The notes below the pieces were generated by a model. It searched no databases and was not told the DNA's origin. It was given only the letters and a program-made list of their open reading frames with translations. This document shows positions 14,278-26,610 of a stretch of 64,000 bases of DNA, piece by piece. The DNA is from Octopus bimaculoides (taxonomy: Eukaryota). A program made the translations under genes and the position numbers. The DNA lies in assembly GCF_001194135.2 (NCBI RefSeq), contig NC_068984.1, positions 11,154,910 to 11,218,909 of the forward strand, read 5' to 3'. Numbering within the stretch: the first letter of the stretch is position 1; the number at the start of each line of letters is the position of its first letter.

Positions 14278-15089
14278 TTAACCTTTTAGCATTGAGTCCA
14301 GCCATATCCAGCCAAAATATTCTATATGTTTTATGTTCAAAGGGGCCAGATCCGGCCCCTCGCACACATCCTATAACAGTAATTCCTAAACTTTTCACTA
14401 CTTGGGACCCCTTTTATTTAAATGAGTTTTCCCACAAAGCCCTTTTAATATGCTTATCCTTATGTGTGTATACATATATATCACTAGCATCATCATCACT
14501 GTTTAACATCTACTTTCCATGCTGGGATGGGTTGGATATATATATATATATATATATATATANNNNNNNNNNNNNNNNNNNNNNNNNNNNNNNNNNNNNN
14601 NNNNNNNNNNNNNNNNNNNNNNNNNNNNNNNNNNNNNNNNNNNNNNNNNNNNNNNNNNNNNNNNNNNNNNNNNNNNNNNNNNNNNNNNNNNNNNNNNNNN
14701 NNNNNNNNNNNNNNNNNNNNNNNNNNNNNNNNNNNNNNNNNNNNNNNNNNNNNNNNNNNNNNNNNNNNNNNNNNNNNNNNNNNNNNNNNNNNNNNNNNNN
14801 NNNNNNNNNNNNNNNNNNNNNNNNNNNNNNNNNNNNNNNNNNNNNNNNNNNNNNNNNNNNNNNNNNNNNNNNNNNNNNNNNNNNNNNNNNNNNNNNNNNN
14901 NNNNNNNNNNNNNNNNNNNNNNNNNNNNNNNNNNNNNNNNNNNNNNNNNNNNNNNNNNNNNNNNNNNNNNNNNNNNNNNNNNNTATATATATATATATAT
15001 ATATATACACATGTATATATATATTATTTATATTATTTGACTGAACCGGCTGTAAAGTATAGTTGCTTGTACATCCTTGTTACTTATTT

Positions 15090-15142
<53 letters not shown>

Positions 15143-15152
15143 CATACATACA

Positions 15153-15190
<38 letters not shown>

Positions 15191-15396
15191 TTTGAATTTA
15201 GTTCATGGACCCCCCCAGTATTACTTTTGCAGACCACCAGGGGTTCACGGACCACATCTTGGGAACCACTGCACTATAATATTGTATAAATAAACAATTA
15301 CATCATAGAAATCTTGAAGCTATGAGATACTGCATGATTAATTAAGAACAATGCGAATAAATAAGGAATACATTTGACAGAATAATCTTCAGTTAA
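14278..15396. mobile_element. piggyBac-like (TTAA) MITE split by nested insertions
   Basis: Starts TTAACCTTTTAGCATT; the pieces 14278-14376 and 15272-15396 are collinear with the contiguous copy at about 62215-62432, which ends GAAGGGTTTAA. Confidence 0.55.
14377..15271. mobile_element. hAT-type MITE interrupted by an RTE tail, microsatellites and a gap
   Basis: Ends CAGTAATTCCTAAA / TTGGGAACCACTG; TSD TCCTATAA / CACTATAA (6 of 8). Confidence 0.55.
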
Positions 15397-15829
15397 TTTT
15401 GAAAATATCAAAGTATTTAGTAAAATAACTTTGTCATAATTAAGCCTAAGCTGGTTTTGAAAATATGATTTAACATGACATTTTGGTGTAAGGTTTTAAT
15501 TAAGATAATTTTACAGCAGGAAGTGTGTATCCTGGAAGCAAGAATGGTCTTGGGTGGATTGGAGTCACATGGTATCTTAAGAGTTAAAAAAAATAATCAG
15601 GGTTAAATAGTAGTTAAAAAAAACCCAAAAAAAACGTCTAATATTACTTGATTAATGAGGCAGCAAGCCAGTAGAATCATTAGCATGCTGGGAAAAATAC
15701 TTAGTAACATTTCATCCATCTTTATATATTTTGAGTTTAAATTCCATCAATGTCAATTTTGCCTTTCATTCTTTCGGGGTCAATAAAATAAGTCAAAAAT
15801 CAAAATGGAAATCGTAGTTGTGGCCAATG

Positions 15830-16557
15830 CTAATAGCACTTGCCTGGCATCCATGCCAGTGGCACGTCATAAGCACCATTCAAGCATTGGTCGATGCCAG
15901 TGCCACCTGACTGGCTCCCCGTACCGATGGCATCTAAAAAGCACCATGCAAACATGGTCGATGCCAGTGCCCCCCAACTGGTTCCCGCTCAGGTGGCATG
16001 TAAAAAGCACCATCCAAACGTGTCTGATGCCAGTGCCACTTGACTGACTCCCTATACCAGTGGCATGTAAAAAGCACCATCCAAACGTGGTCGATGCCAG
16101 TGCCCCCTGACTGACTCCCGCTCCAGTGGCACATAAAAAGCACCATCCGAACGTGGTCGATACCAGTACCCCCCACAACTGGCTCCTGTGCCAGTGGCAT
16201 GTAAAAAGCACCAGCCGAACGTATCCGATGCCAGTGTCACCTGACTGGCTCCCTATACCAGTGGCATGTAAAAAGCATCGTACGAACGCGGTTGATGCCA
16301 TTGCCACCTGACTGGCTCCTGTGCCGGTGACACATAAAAAGCACCATCCAAACGTGGTCGATGCCAGTGCCACCTGACTGGCTCCTGTGCTGGTGACACG
16401 TAAAAAGCACCCACTACACTCTCGGAGTGGTTGGCGTTAGGAAGGACATCCAGCTATAGAAATTTTGCCAGATCAGATTGGAGCCTGGTGCAGCCATCTG
16501 GCTTGCCAGTCTTCAGTCAAACCATGGAAGCTGACATTAAACGATGATGATGATGAT
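15830..16557 (+). mobile_element. RTE LINE 3' UTR with expanded 66-68 bp tandem array
   Basis: 8 full units plus 1 partial (starts 15859, 15927, 15993, 16060, 16126, 16194, 16261, 16327, 16393), then CCCACTACACTCTCGGAGTGGTTGGCGTTAGGAAG ... AAACGATGATGATG. Confidence 0.85.
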
Positions 16558-17204
16558 CAATTTTACCTTTCATCCTTTCTGGGTCAATAAAATAACTATC
16601 AGTTGAGCAATGGAGGTCAATGTAATCAACTTGTTCCTTCCTCTGCAGATCCTGGTCCTGTGCCAAAATTTGGAACCATTATTACCTGATTAATAATATT
16701 TTTCAGCTGCAATTATATGATGTTGAAGTTCCCCTCCCGATCCATGTTTTATTTTGAAACTTATACAGGGAAAAATTGCTGGGAGGGGTTTGGCTTTTCG
16801 GTAAGTATGGAATTGGTGCCAGTTGTATACTGCCAGACTTCAAAAGTATGCTTAATTGTCCATTAATAAATTCATCATTCATTCATTAATCATTATCATT
16901 TAACATCTGGTTTCCATGCTGACATGAGTTAGATGAGTTGACCTGATCTGAGGAGTTGGAGGATGGCATCATACTCCACTGTATATTTTGACATGATTCC
17001 TATGGCTGGACACTCTCCCTAACACCAACCACCTTATAGAATGTATTGGGTGCTCTTTTTCATGGTACCAACAAAAGTATAGGTCACCTCATCTCATAAC
17101 TTGTATGGTTAAGGGCATAAAACAGTTCCTATAATTGAAGAAGAGCAGAAGAATGACACACATACATATATGTATGTATATATATATATATGTGTGTGTG
17201 TGTG

Positions 17205-17248
<44 letters not shown>

Positions 17249-18092
17249 TATGTATATATAAATATATACGATGAGCTTCTTTTCAGTTTCCATCTACCAG
17301 ATCCACTCACAAGGCTTTGGTTGGCCCGAGGCTATAGTAGAAGACACTTGCCCAAGGTGCTATACAGTGGGACTGAACCTGGAACCATGTGGCCGGGAAG
17401 CAAGCTTCTTACCACACGGCCATGCCTGCACCTATATGTATACTTTATCCTTTATTAAATGGTTGGGTCATTTGTTTTATTCATTTAACTTCCTTCAATA
17501 CAGTTTACCAGAAGAAATAATAAAACTGAACATTTATCACCCAGGTAAAATCCACAAACAGCCCCAGGATCTACAGTAATCTGTAACCAGAATATTTTTG
17601 ACATAGGATGCATTCATGGAAGAAGAGCCGTGTCCCTGATCCTTGCCCCTTTTCACCTCCAACTATGGATGCTTAGTTAAGAACATTTAAATGTCAATGT
17701 CCACAGGGAAGGGGTAATGTGGGAGTGGAGTGGAGGGAATTAAACATAATGGTTGGGTTGTTAATGTTATTTTGTGGTTTTGTTTACCATACATTCCTAA
17801 CAGTTTCTTAGCTATTCAGATGTCATAGTGTGACACACATATTTGTCTATCATGTATGTATATATGCGTATGAGTGTGTGTGTACATGTGTAATTGTGTG
17901 TGTATGTGTGTGCAAATTTATATCTGTGTGTATGCATGCATGTACATGTCTGGAAATCTATACATTTGTGGGTTTGACAAGAGCTGGCCAGGCAGAAGGC
18001 TGTGTTTATATGTGTGTGTATGTATATACATATAGATAGATAGATGTATTTATGTATGTATGTGTATATAGATATAGAGATATTTATGTATG

Positions 18093-18135
<43 letters not shown>

Positions 18136-18490
18136 NNNNNNNNNNNNNNNNNNNNNNNNNNNNNNNNNNNNNNNNNNNNNNNNNNNNNNNNNNNNNNNNN
18201 NNNNNNNNNNNNNNNNNNNNNNNNNNNNNNNNNNNNNNNNNNNNNNNNNNNNNNNNNNNNNNNNNNNNNNNNNNNNNNNNNNNNNNNNNNNNNNNNNNNN
18301 NNNNNNNNNNNNNNNNNNNNNNNNNNNNNNNNNNNNNNNNNNNNNNNNNNNNNNNNNNNNNNNNNNNNNNNNNNNNNNNNNNNNNNNNNNNNNNNNNNNN
18401 NNNNNNNNNNNNNNNNNNNNNNNNNNNNNNNNNNNNNNNNNNNNNNNNNNNNNNNNNNNNNNNNNNNNNNNNNNNNNNNNNNNNNNNNNN

Positions 18491-18522
<32 letters not shown>

Positions 18523-19710
18523 GTGTGTGTGTGTGTGTATAGATAGATAGATAGATTTATGTGTGTGTGTGTATGTAGATACAGATATATTAATGTGTGT
18601 GTGTGTGTGTGTGTGAGTGTGTTGTGATCTAGTAGATACAGATAACTGAGATAAGTACCAGACTGAAATAAGTGCTGGTGATGGCCAATATAGCTAAAAG
18701 AATATTTTTGTTCAAGAATTGAATTCATAAATCAGGGTTTTATAACTCTTACCCTACTTACCCAAACTTCTATCCCACAAATTTGCTGTGTCTCCTCCTT
18801 CTGTCTTTTTGTACCACTACTATAATGGCCTCTGCTCTTTTTGATACTGGCTGATCTCATTCACGCTCATTCAGATTCTCATCACTGCATTGTCTTTCAT
18901 CTTCTCATCACCTTATTGTATCATCCTCACAGGTTCTGTGCTAACTACTTCATCCAGTCCTTTTACCCCCATCTGTTGACCTTCTAAAATATCTCCCCTG
19001 ACCATTTTTTCTTGCAGTTGTCCAAGAGGAACATCAGCCATATTGAATTCTTTGGTCTCTGTGTGCCAGCAAAGGACTTTGGCACCGGCCCTTCCTTTTG
19101 ACCCTATCTTTTATCTTTTACTTGTTTCATTCATTGGACAGTGACCATACTGGAGCACTGCTTTGAAGAGCTTAGTCAAACAAACCGACCCTAGTACTTA
19201 TATTTTAATTTTGGTACTGATGCTATTGGTCTCTGAAACTGAACTGTTCAGTTATGGGGATGTAAACAAACTAACACCTGTTGTCGAGTGGGGGGAAGGA
19301 AACAAACACACACGCATACATACATACCTGTACGTTTATGATAGGCTTCTACATATAGTTTCCATCTCCCAAATTCTCTCACAATGCATTGCTTAGCCTG
19401 AAGTTACAACAGAAGACACCTTTCCAAGGTGCTGCACTGTGGGAGTGAACCCACAACCTTGTGGTTACTAGGTGAATGTCTTAGCCACACAGCCATGCCT
19501 GAGCTTATGTAGTCAAATACGAACACTTTGGCTTTTCTTTTCATTTATTAATTTTTGTTGTGGAACTGTCAATCAAAATTTGTTGTATTTATGTTTGGAA
19601 TTTATCTTTGATTAATATTGACTGAGTGACAGACATGCTTATAACTTATGACACTTTATTTAATGTTTTCAAGGCAAGTCTATTCTTTATATATATATAT
19701 ATATGTGTGA

Positions 19711-19755
<45 letters not shown>

Positions 19756-19996
19756 GATAGATATCCTTGTTTAAAGACACTGCTTAGTAAGCATCTTTCT
19801 GTTTATAAACCAATATCTACAAAGATGTGGTCACTTCAGCAGATGTAGACAGTAAAGTTCCCTTTACCAAACTGACCTACATTTGAACTAATCTCCCTTA
19901 ATCTACCGACAATTCTACATTTGTTATGGAAACTGAAATCAGACTCACTTGGTTTACTAACTGATACTCATCTATATGTGTGTGTGTGTGTGTGTG

Positions 19997-20320
19997 TTAT
20001 TGTGATATATGTTGACAAGTTCTGATAAGCTCTCCATTTGCTGGGAACTTTTTGGACCATTGAGAGCAACTCGGGACAACAGCCACCAGGAGTTGATGAT
20101 GACACCGCTCCTCTTTTTTATGCTGTCTCCTGCATTCGAATTCAAACCGCTCTACTCCATTGTTACACAGGGACTTCCATGCCTTTCCAGTTAACTGCCA
20201 AAGCCTCCAACCAATTGGGAGGGACACAGCATAAAATGAGAGACTGCTTGATATGATCATGAAAACGAAGTTTTGAGCATCCATGAGGCCTACCTCCAGT
20301 CCTGATCTCACTGATTAGGA
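19997..20320 (-). pseudogene. Degenerate LINE (RTE-like) ORF2 C-terminal fragment
   Basis: Frameshifted peptides RTGGRPHGCSKLRFHDHIKQSL...NWLEALAVNW and WKSLCNNGVERFE resemble the G.R..GRP..R.KD..K..L...W..LA.DR..WR region of RTE reverse transcriptases. Confidence 0.65.
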
Positions 20321-20816
20321 CCATTACTACATCACATGACACTGCACCACACCACATCATACTACAGTACAGCATACACACCACCACATCGCATGACAGT
20401 TTATCTATTGGTTTATCACGAACAATGATGCCTTCTAGAATTGATTTCACTGATCACAGCAGAGTTTATTCAAATTTAGAGGTCACATTTAATTATCTTA
20501 CTCCACCTGAAGCAAAATAATTGCGAAATATATAATGTTCATGTACTGACTTTATTTTCTAATTCAACACAAAAGCATCTCAAGTATTTCTTTTATGATA
20601 AAACTATGTAGTATTAAAATCGTCTAAAGGATATTATAACTTCTTTTTCTTTCTATAATCCCTCCTTTTTCTTTTATTTTTTACAGCTTATTTCCTTTTT
20701 TGCTGTTTCTTTTTGTGTCTCTTTTCTCTCATTGTCTGTTTTTCATTCTGTTTCTCTCATCCTCTTTCTGCTTATCTCTCTTGATTTGTACAATTTCTAA
20801 TTTCTGTTTATTCCAG

Positions 20817-20874
20817 AATTACCCTTTGGTTGGGAGAAAGTTGAAGATAGCCACTATGGAACCTATTACATTGA
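20817..20874 (+). CDS. MAGI: MAGI exon, WW2 domain N-half: (E)LPFGWEKVEDSHYGTYYI(D)
   Basis: Acceptor tttctgtttattccag|AA, donor GA|gtaagt; 58 nt, phase 1 to 2; WW signature W...YYxD. Confidence 0.95.
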
Positions 20875-21016
20875 GTAAGTAGATGTGTAACTTTTTTTTC
20901 TCACCCAACCCCTGCACACAATTATGTATTATCCTTCTTTAAGACAACCCATGCTAGCTACATCTGGTGTCTTAAGATAAAAACATTGTTGTTGGTATTG
21001 TACTCTTCAGCAAAGC

Positions 21017-21062
<46 letters not shown>

Positions 21063-21081
21063 AAATCCATATATATATATA

Positions 21082-21826
21082 NNNNNNNNNNNNNNNNNNN
21101 NNNNNNNNNNNNNNNNNNNNNNNNNNNNNNNNNNNNNNNNNNNNNNNNNNNNNNNNNNNNNNNNNNNNNNNNNNNNNNNNNNNNNNNNNNNNNNNNNNNN
21201 NNNNNNNNNNNNNNNNNNNNNNNNNNNNNNNNNNNNNNNNNNNNNNNNNNNNNNNNNNNNNNNNNNNNNNNNNNNNNNNNNNNNNNNNNNNNNNNNNNNN
21301 NNNNNNNNNNNNNNNNNNNNNNNNNNNNNNNNNNNNNNNNNNNNNNNNNNNNNNNNNNNNNNNNNNNNNNNNNNNNNNNNNNNNNNNNNNNNNNNNNNNN
21401 NNNNNNNNNNNNNNNNNNNNNNNNNNNNNNNNNNNNNNNNNNNNNNNNNNNNNNNNNNNNNNNNNNNNNNNNNNNNNNNNNNNNNNNNNNNNNNNNNNNN
21501 NNNNNNNNNNNNNNNNNNNNNNNNNNNNNNNNNNNNNNNNNNNNNNNNNNNNNNNNNNNNNNNNNNNNNNNNNNNNNNNNNNNNNNNNNNNNNNNNNNNN
21601 NNNNNNNNNNNNNNNNNNNNNNNNNNNNNNNNNNNNNNNNNNNNNNNNNNNNNNNNNNNNNNNNNNNNNNNNNNNNNNNNNNNNNNNNNNNNNNNNNNNN
21701 NNNNNNNNNNNNNNNNNNNNNNNNNNNNNNNNNNNNNNNNNNNNNNNNNNNNNNNNNNNNNNNNNNNNNNNNNNNNNNNNNNNNNNNNNNNNNNNNNNNN
21801 NNNNNNNNNNNNNNNNNNNNNNNNNN
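21082..21826. other. Assembly gap (largest of six)
   Basis: N runs at about 1265-1718, 9983-9992, 14563-14983, 18136-18490, 21082-21826, 45210-45219. Confidence 0.98.
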
Positions 21827-22163
21827 AAAAAAAAAAAAAAAAGAAAGAAGAAAGACTCAAATTCCAGACCCAAATTTCTGAGATATTTTCATCCTCTGTA
21901 TATTTTGCTATTTGTATTCTTCCACTATAAACAATAGCAAACCTCATTATTGTGTCACTGAGAATAAACTGGAACATTATTCTCTTTAGAACATATTTGT
22001 TAGACTTCATATTAACTGTACTTTGTTTCAAGGAATAAAAAGAAATTGATGTCAAAAATGAGTCAGAGGTCATGAAAATTATACACATACAGCTATTCAT
22101 ACATATCTCCCAGATTCCACATCTATGTATGTATATGCATGTTTGTGTATGTGTGTATGTGTA

Positions 22164-22198
<35 letters not shown>

Positions 22199-23224
22199 GA
22201 ACACAGAAAATATAATTGGTATTAATACTTTATATAATGTACATATGTTTCGTTAAACCAGCAAAACATCAATTAAATCAGCATAAAACACAGTTGCCTG
22301 AACAAATGCTGCCAGCCCCATTCATTGCAGTTGCGTGTGAAGTTGACCTTCCATGCCCATACCTTTTGGTAATGTGCACCACACCTTTCAACACACCATT
22401 TTGATGTGTGTATATACATATACCCAAAACTCTAAAATTGAATATAAATAGCTAAACTACATATCTTAAGGCCTTCAATGTATAAAACTTTAAAACAGGT
22501 TTGGATACTTCCAATTGGAGAACCTACATAATTAAGGTGAAATCAAAAAGAATGTCAGAGCATGATTTAACCAACACAGGTATTACTTCAGGTACAAATA
22601 TAGGGAAAATACTACTGCACACTTTATATTTGGGACATAAAGACAGGAATCTATAATTTCAAAATTAATTGGTCAGTTATTGAAATTGTATCCTCGTACC
22701 ATGGATTCAGATGCTTTTTGTATTAATTTGAGAAGTACAATACACCAATGCAATAATTACAATATACTAATACAGCCAATTAAATAATTGGACCCAAAAC
22801 AAGAAATAGTCTCATTAGAGAAAGTACATTTTGCAGACATTCACTTTGCTTACCAAATAATTTCGTAATAGTTTTATGTTACCATCGGTTATACACTAAG
22901 CCTACATACCTTCTCATATTCTCAGAACTCACTTTTATTGTCATCAACAGCCTTTCTACATCCCAGTTTTTGTCATTGCCAGTTTAGTCAACGGGTCTTT
23001 TTCGTTGTCTTGGGAATTACTTGAGGATTTCGCTAATGCCAGTGCCTGGAAAGAATGCACCCAGTGCACTCTGTGAAGTGAATGGCATTACAAAAAGCAT
23101 TCAGCTGTAGAAATCATACCAAGACCAACTGGAGTTTAGTGCAGTCATCCAGATCAACAGGTTAAACCATCCAACCCATGCCAGCATGGAAGATGAATGT
23201 TAAATGATGATGATGATGTACACA

Positions 23225-23274
<50 letters not shown>

Positions 23275-24491
23275 AACAGAGCAGAAGCTTGACCTCTTCC
23301 ACTTATAACCATATCAATATGTATGTCTACAATGGAAACTTGACCTTTGCTATAACATTAAGGTTTGCATGGACATATTTTTGACATTCACATTGTTCAG
23401 CATAACTTCTTTTTTTTTTTTTTTTTCGTTTTTTTTTTTTTGTCTTTCTAAGTGACCCCTCTCCACCAAAAAAATAAAAACATAGATTTTGTTTCTCAAC
23501 CAGGTTATTACTATGATTTAGCTTTCAAATGACCTTTAGGTCAGTGCTTATGTGTTTTTTTAAAAACTTTTGAAAGAGTTCATATTATTAATACTGAATC
23601 CATGAGAATCAAGTGAATTTTACAAACACACTTCACTCCCAGATCAACAACAGCAACAAAATGGGTTTACTAAAGCAATTAACATCCAAAACAATATTAA
23701 GGTATTTCTTTCAACATTGTTAGCAATTTCCATTTAAATTTGTTTTCCTTTGAATGATTTTGCATATAACTTTTAACTGAAATCATATACATGTGTGTGC
23801 TAATGTGTGTATCAATGTGAGAGTATGCGTGTGTGTACACACGCTAATATCAAACTTAAGACCACATTGGTGGATAAAATCATCTTTATTTGTGGGTTAA
23901 CAAGGTTATCAATGATTTCATGTAAAGAGGTATCTTAACAATTATCCAGCCTGTCACATGGGAGTCTTGGTGCTCGTCTCCATTTTGATAACTGTCAAGA
24001 GATTCCTTTTTACATGAAATCATTGGTAGCTTTGTTAACCCACAATGTGTGTGTGCTTATGTGTATATCATCATCATCATCATCGTTTAATGTCCGTTTT
24101 CCATGCTGGTATGAGTTGGACAGTTTGACTGAGGACTGACAAGCCAGGAGGCTGTACCAGGCTCCAATCTGATCTGGCAGGGTTTCTACAGCTGGATGCC
24201 CTTCCTAATGCTAACCACTCCAAGAGTCGGGTGGGTGCTTTTTATGTGCCATTGGCATGAGGGCCATTCAGGCAGCATTGGCATCGATCACGCTCATATG
24301 GTGCTTTTTATGTGTCCCCAGCACAGGAGCCAGTCCGGTGGCACTGTCATTGACCACGCTCAAATATATATAATATGTAATTTTTAAAAGAAAAAGGTTG
24401 ACAGTGACTTCAAAGTTTTGAAGCTCACCTAAGCTGGAACTTCAAAGTCACTGTCTATATGCAACTATCACATAAGGTCAAGACAATAGTG

Positions 24492-24528
<37 letters not shown>

Positions 24529-24730
24529 CCACTCTCTCTCCCCCTTCAGTTTGTTTATCAAATCCACTCTCAAAGCTTTGGTATGCACAGAGTTGTTGTG
24601 GAAGACACTTGACCAAATTGTCATGCAGTGGGACTGAACCCAAAACCACATGGTTGCAAGCAAGCTCCTCAACCACACAGCCATGCCAGTGTTTGTCTAT
24701 TTGATTATTTAATGATTTATTCATTTGCAG

Positions 24731-24795
24731 TCATGTGAATAAACGGACACAATATGAAAATCCTGTAGCCCAAGCTAAAAAGTCGCAAATTCCAG
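24731..24795 (+). CDS. MAGI: MAGI exon, WW2 domain C-half: (D)HVNKRTQYENPVAQAKKSQIP(G)
   Basis: Acceptor catttgcag|T, donor CAG|gtaagc; 65 nt, phase 2 to 1; completes the WW2 motif HxNxRTQYENP. Confidence 0.95.
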
Positions 24796-24829
24796 GTAAG
24801 CTGTTAGATCTGACTTTATTTGTTGTGTG

Positions 24830-24885
<56 letters not shown>

Positions 24886-24889
24886 GTTG

Positions 24890-25457
24890 GGATCTATTTT
24901 AAAACGGGGGCCACATTTTTCATTAATGTTTTACGTAGTGTTTTTGGTACGGAAAGACTTTCAAACTTCGTATACTTATCTATTTTGTGTTATAGAACAG
25001 AAAAATATTTTTGTATTCGAATTTATTTCATGTAAAAAATTGTCTTATTTCGATAATTTCAACCAATCACTGACAAGTATTCAGTTGCTTACATTTACTC
25101 CTTTGAGTGATTAAGCGATGTAAAGCGTATTTAATCTCCATACCTTCGTTTTATTTGCTTTTTTCATTTTAAATTTGCTTTAACCCTAACCCTAACCCTA
25201 GGGTTAGGGTTAGGGTTAATTGTTTCAGAATCGTTTGTTTATGTAGTCAGCACTTAATGTATATCGGCTGAATGGACGTCAGTGATTGGTTGAAATTACA
25301 GAAATACGACAACTTTAACATGGAATAACTTATGGGTTTCTTTTTTTTTTAAGAAGACTAAGAGAAAAAGATGTTTTATATGACACATTCTACCAGTGTT
25401 CCAAGTTTCAAAGTGTTTCGTTAATGAAAAATGTGGCCCCCGTTTTAAAAAAGATCC
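24890..25457. mobile_element. Foldback MITE with about 40-bp TIRs and a central telomeric-repeat palindrome
   Basis: Left GGATCTATTTTAAAACGGGGGCCACATTTTTCATTAATG; right (reverse complement) GGATCTTTTTTAAAACGGGGGCCACATTTTTCATTAACG; flanks TG/TA (possibly a decayed TA TSD); further internal inverted blocks. Confidence 0.85.
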
Positions 25458-26220
25458 TATTGTTGTTGTTGTTGGTACTTCAGGAGGCATTTTAGTGGAG
25501 TTGCTAAGTTATAGGTGAACCAAATCAACAAACTGATTATTCTAGTGACTTGTACTTTACAAGAGAGCCTCTTTGTAGTCTGCTCAGTTTGCTAGAAGTA
25601 GCAACCAAAAATCCTTGAAATTACATCCTATCTTTATAAAGACCCTGTGTCACTGCAGAAGTGTCACCAGCACCTTTCAGTGATTGGGTGGAATCTGGAC
25701 GTCAAGTTCACAATGCTAGATCAGATACCACAAAATATTTTGGTCAATGCTCTAGCAATCACAGCTATACACCGCCATCAATTAATACCCTTTTTTTTTT
25801 TTATCTGTCCCCCCAAAAATTAAGGTAAATTTGACCTGGGTGAGATTTGAACTCAGGGTCCAGAAATTCAGAACAAATGCTACAAGGCGTTCTACAGTCT
25901 TATGACTCTACCAATTCACCTATATCTACTGGATATTATTGGTTAGTCATTGAGGACTAAAATAGACATAGGTTTTCAGTTTAAAAAGAAATGGATAATG
26001 AATAAGTGTGTGTGTGTGATGCTGATGTTGTTGTTTAATCCTGGGTAAGCCTTGATCAAAAAGACCTGTGATCAAACATATGCCACTTCTTCTAAGACTA
26101 GCATTTCCATGCTTCCATGCATGGGTTGACCAGAGCTTTTTAAGGGTTATTTTCTATGGCTGCATGCTCCACCAGTTGTCTACACTCGCCTGCTTCCAAG
26201 CAAGGTAATATTTCCTCATG

Positions 26221-26610
26221 ACTCTCTTTACTTGTTTCAGTCATTTGACTGTGGCCATGCTGGAGCACTGCCGTTAGTTGAGCAAATCGACCCCAGGACT
26301 TATTCTTTGTAAGCCTAGTACTTATTCTATCGGTCACTTTTGCTGAAACGCTAAGTTACAGGGATGTAAGCACACCAGCATCAGTTGTCAAGCGATGTTG
26401 GGGGGACAAACACAGACACACAAACATATACACACATACATATACATATATACGACAGGCTTCTTTCAGTTTCTGTCTACCAAATCCATTCACAAGGCTT
26501 TGGTCGGCCCAAAGCTATAGTAGAAGACACTTGCACAAGGTGCCACGCAGTGGGACTGAACCCGGAACCATGTGGTTAGTAATCATGCTACTTACCATAC
26601 AGCCACTCCT
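26221..26610 (-). mobile_element. tRNA-headed SINE, family A, near full length
   Basis: Reverse complement of the 899-1264 element (ORF-track peptides 930-1124 and 26385-26579 are nearly the same); includes the 3' end gactgaaacaagtaaagag. Confidence 0.85.

Noticed and set aside
15859-16410. CRISPR array
   Set aside because: The 'spacers' are homologous to each other, the array is embedded in a LINE 3' UTR, the context is a eukaryotic intron, and there are no cas genes
1198-22100. Long ORFs rich in X, YI, CV or HT (e.g. 20958-22100, 14238-15044, 9571-10062)
   Set aside because: Artefacts of N gaps and dinucleotide repeats
25180-25219. True telomere or chromosome-fusion scar
   Set aside because: Only three repeats per side, orientation opposite to an end-to-end fusion, and located inside a TIR element with a second copy in the window
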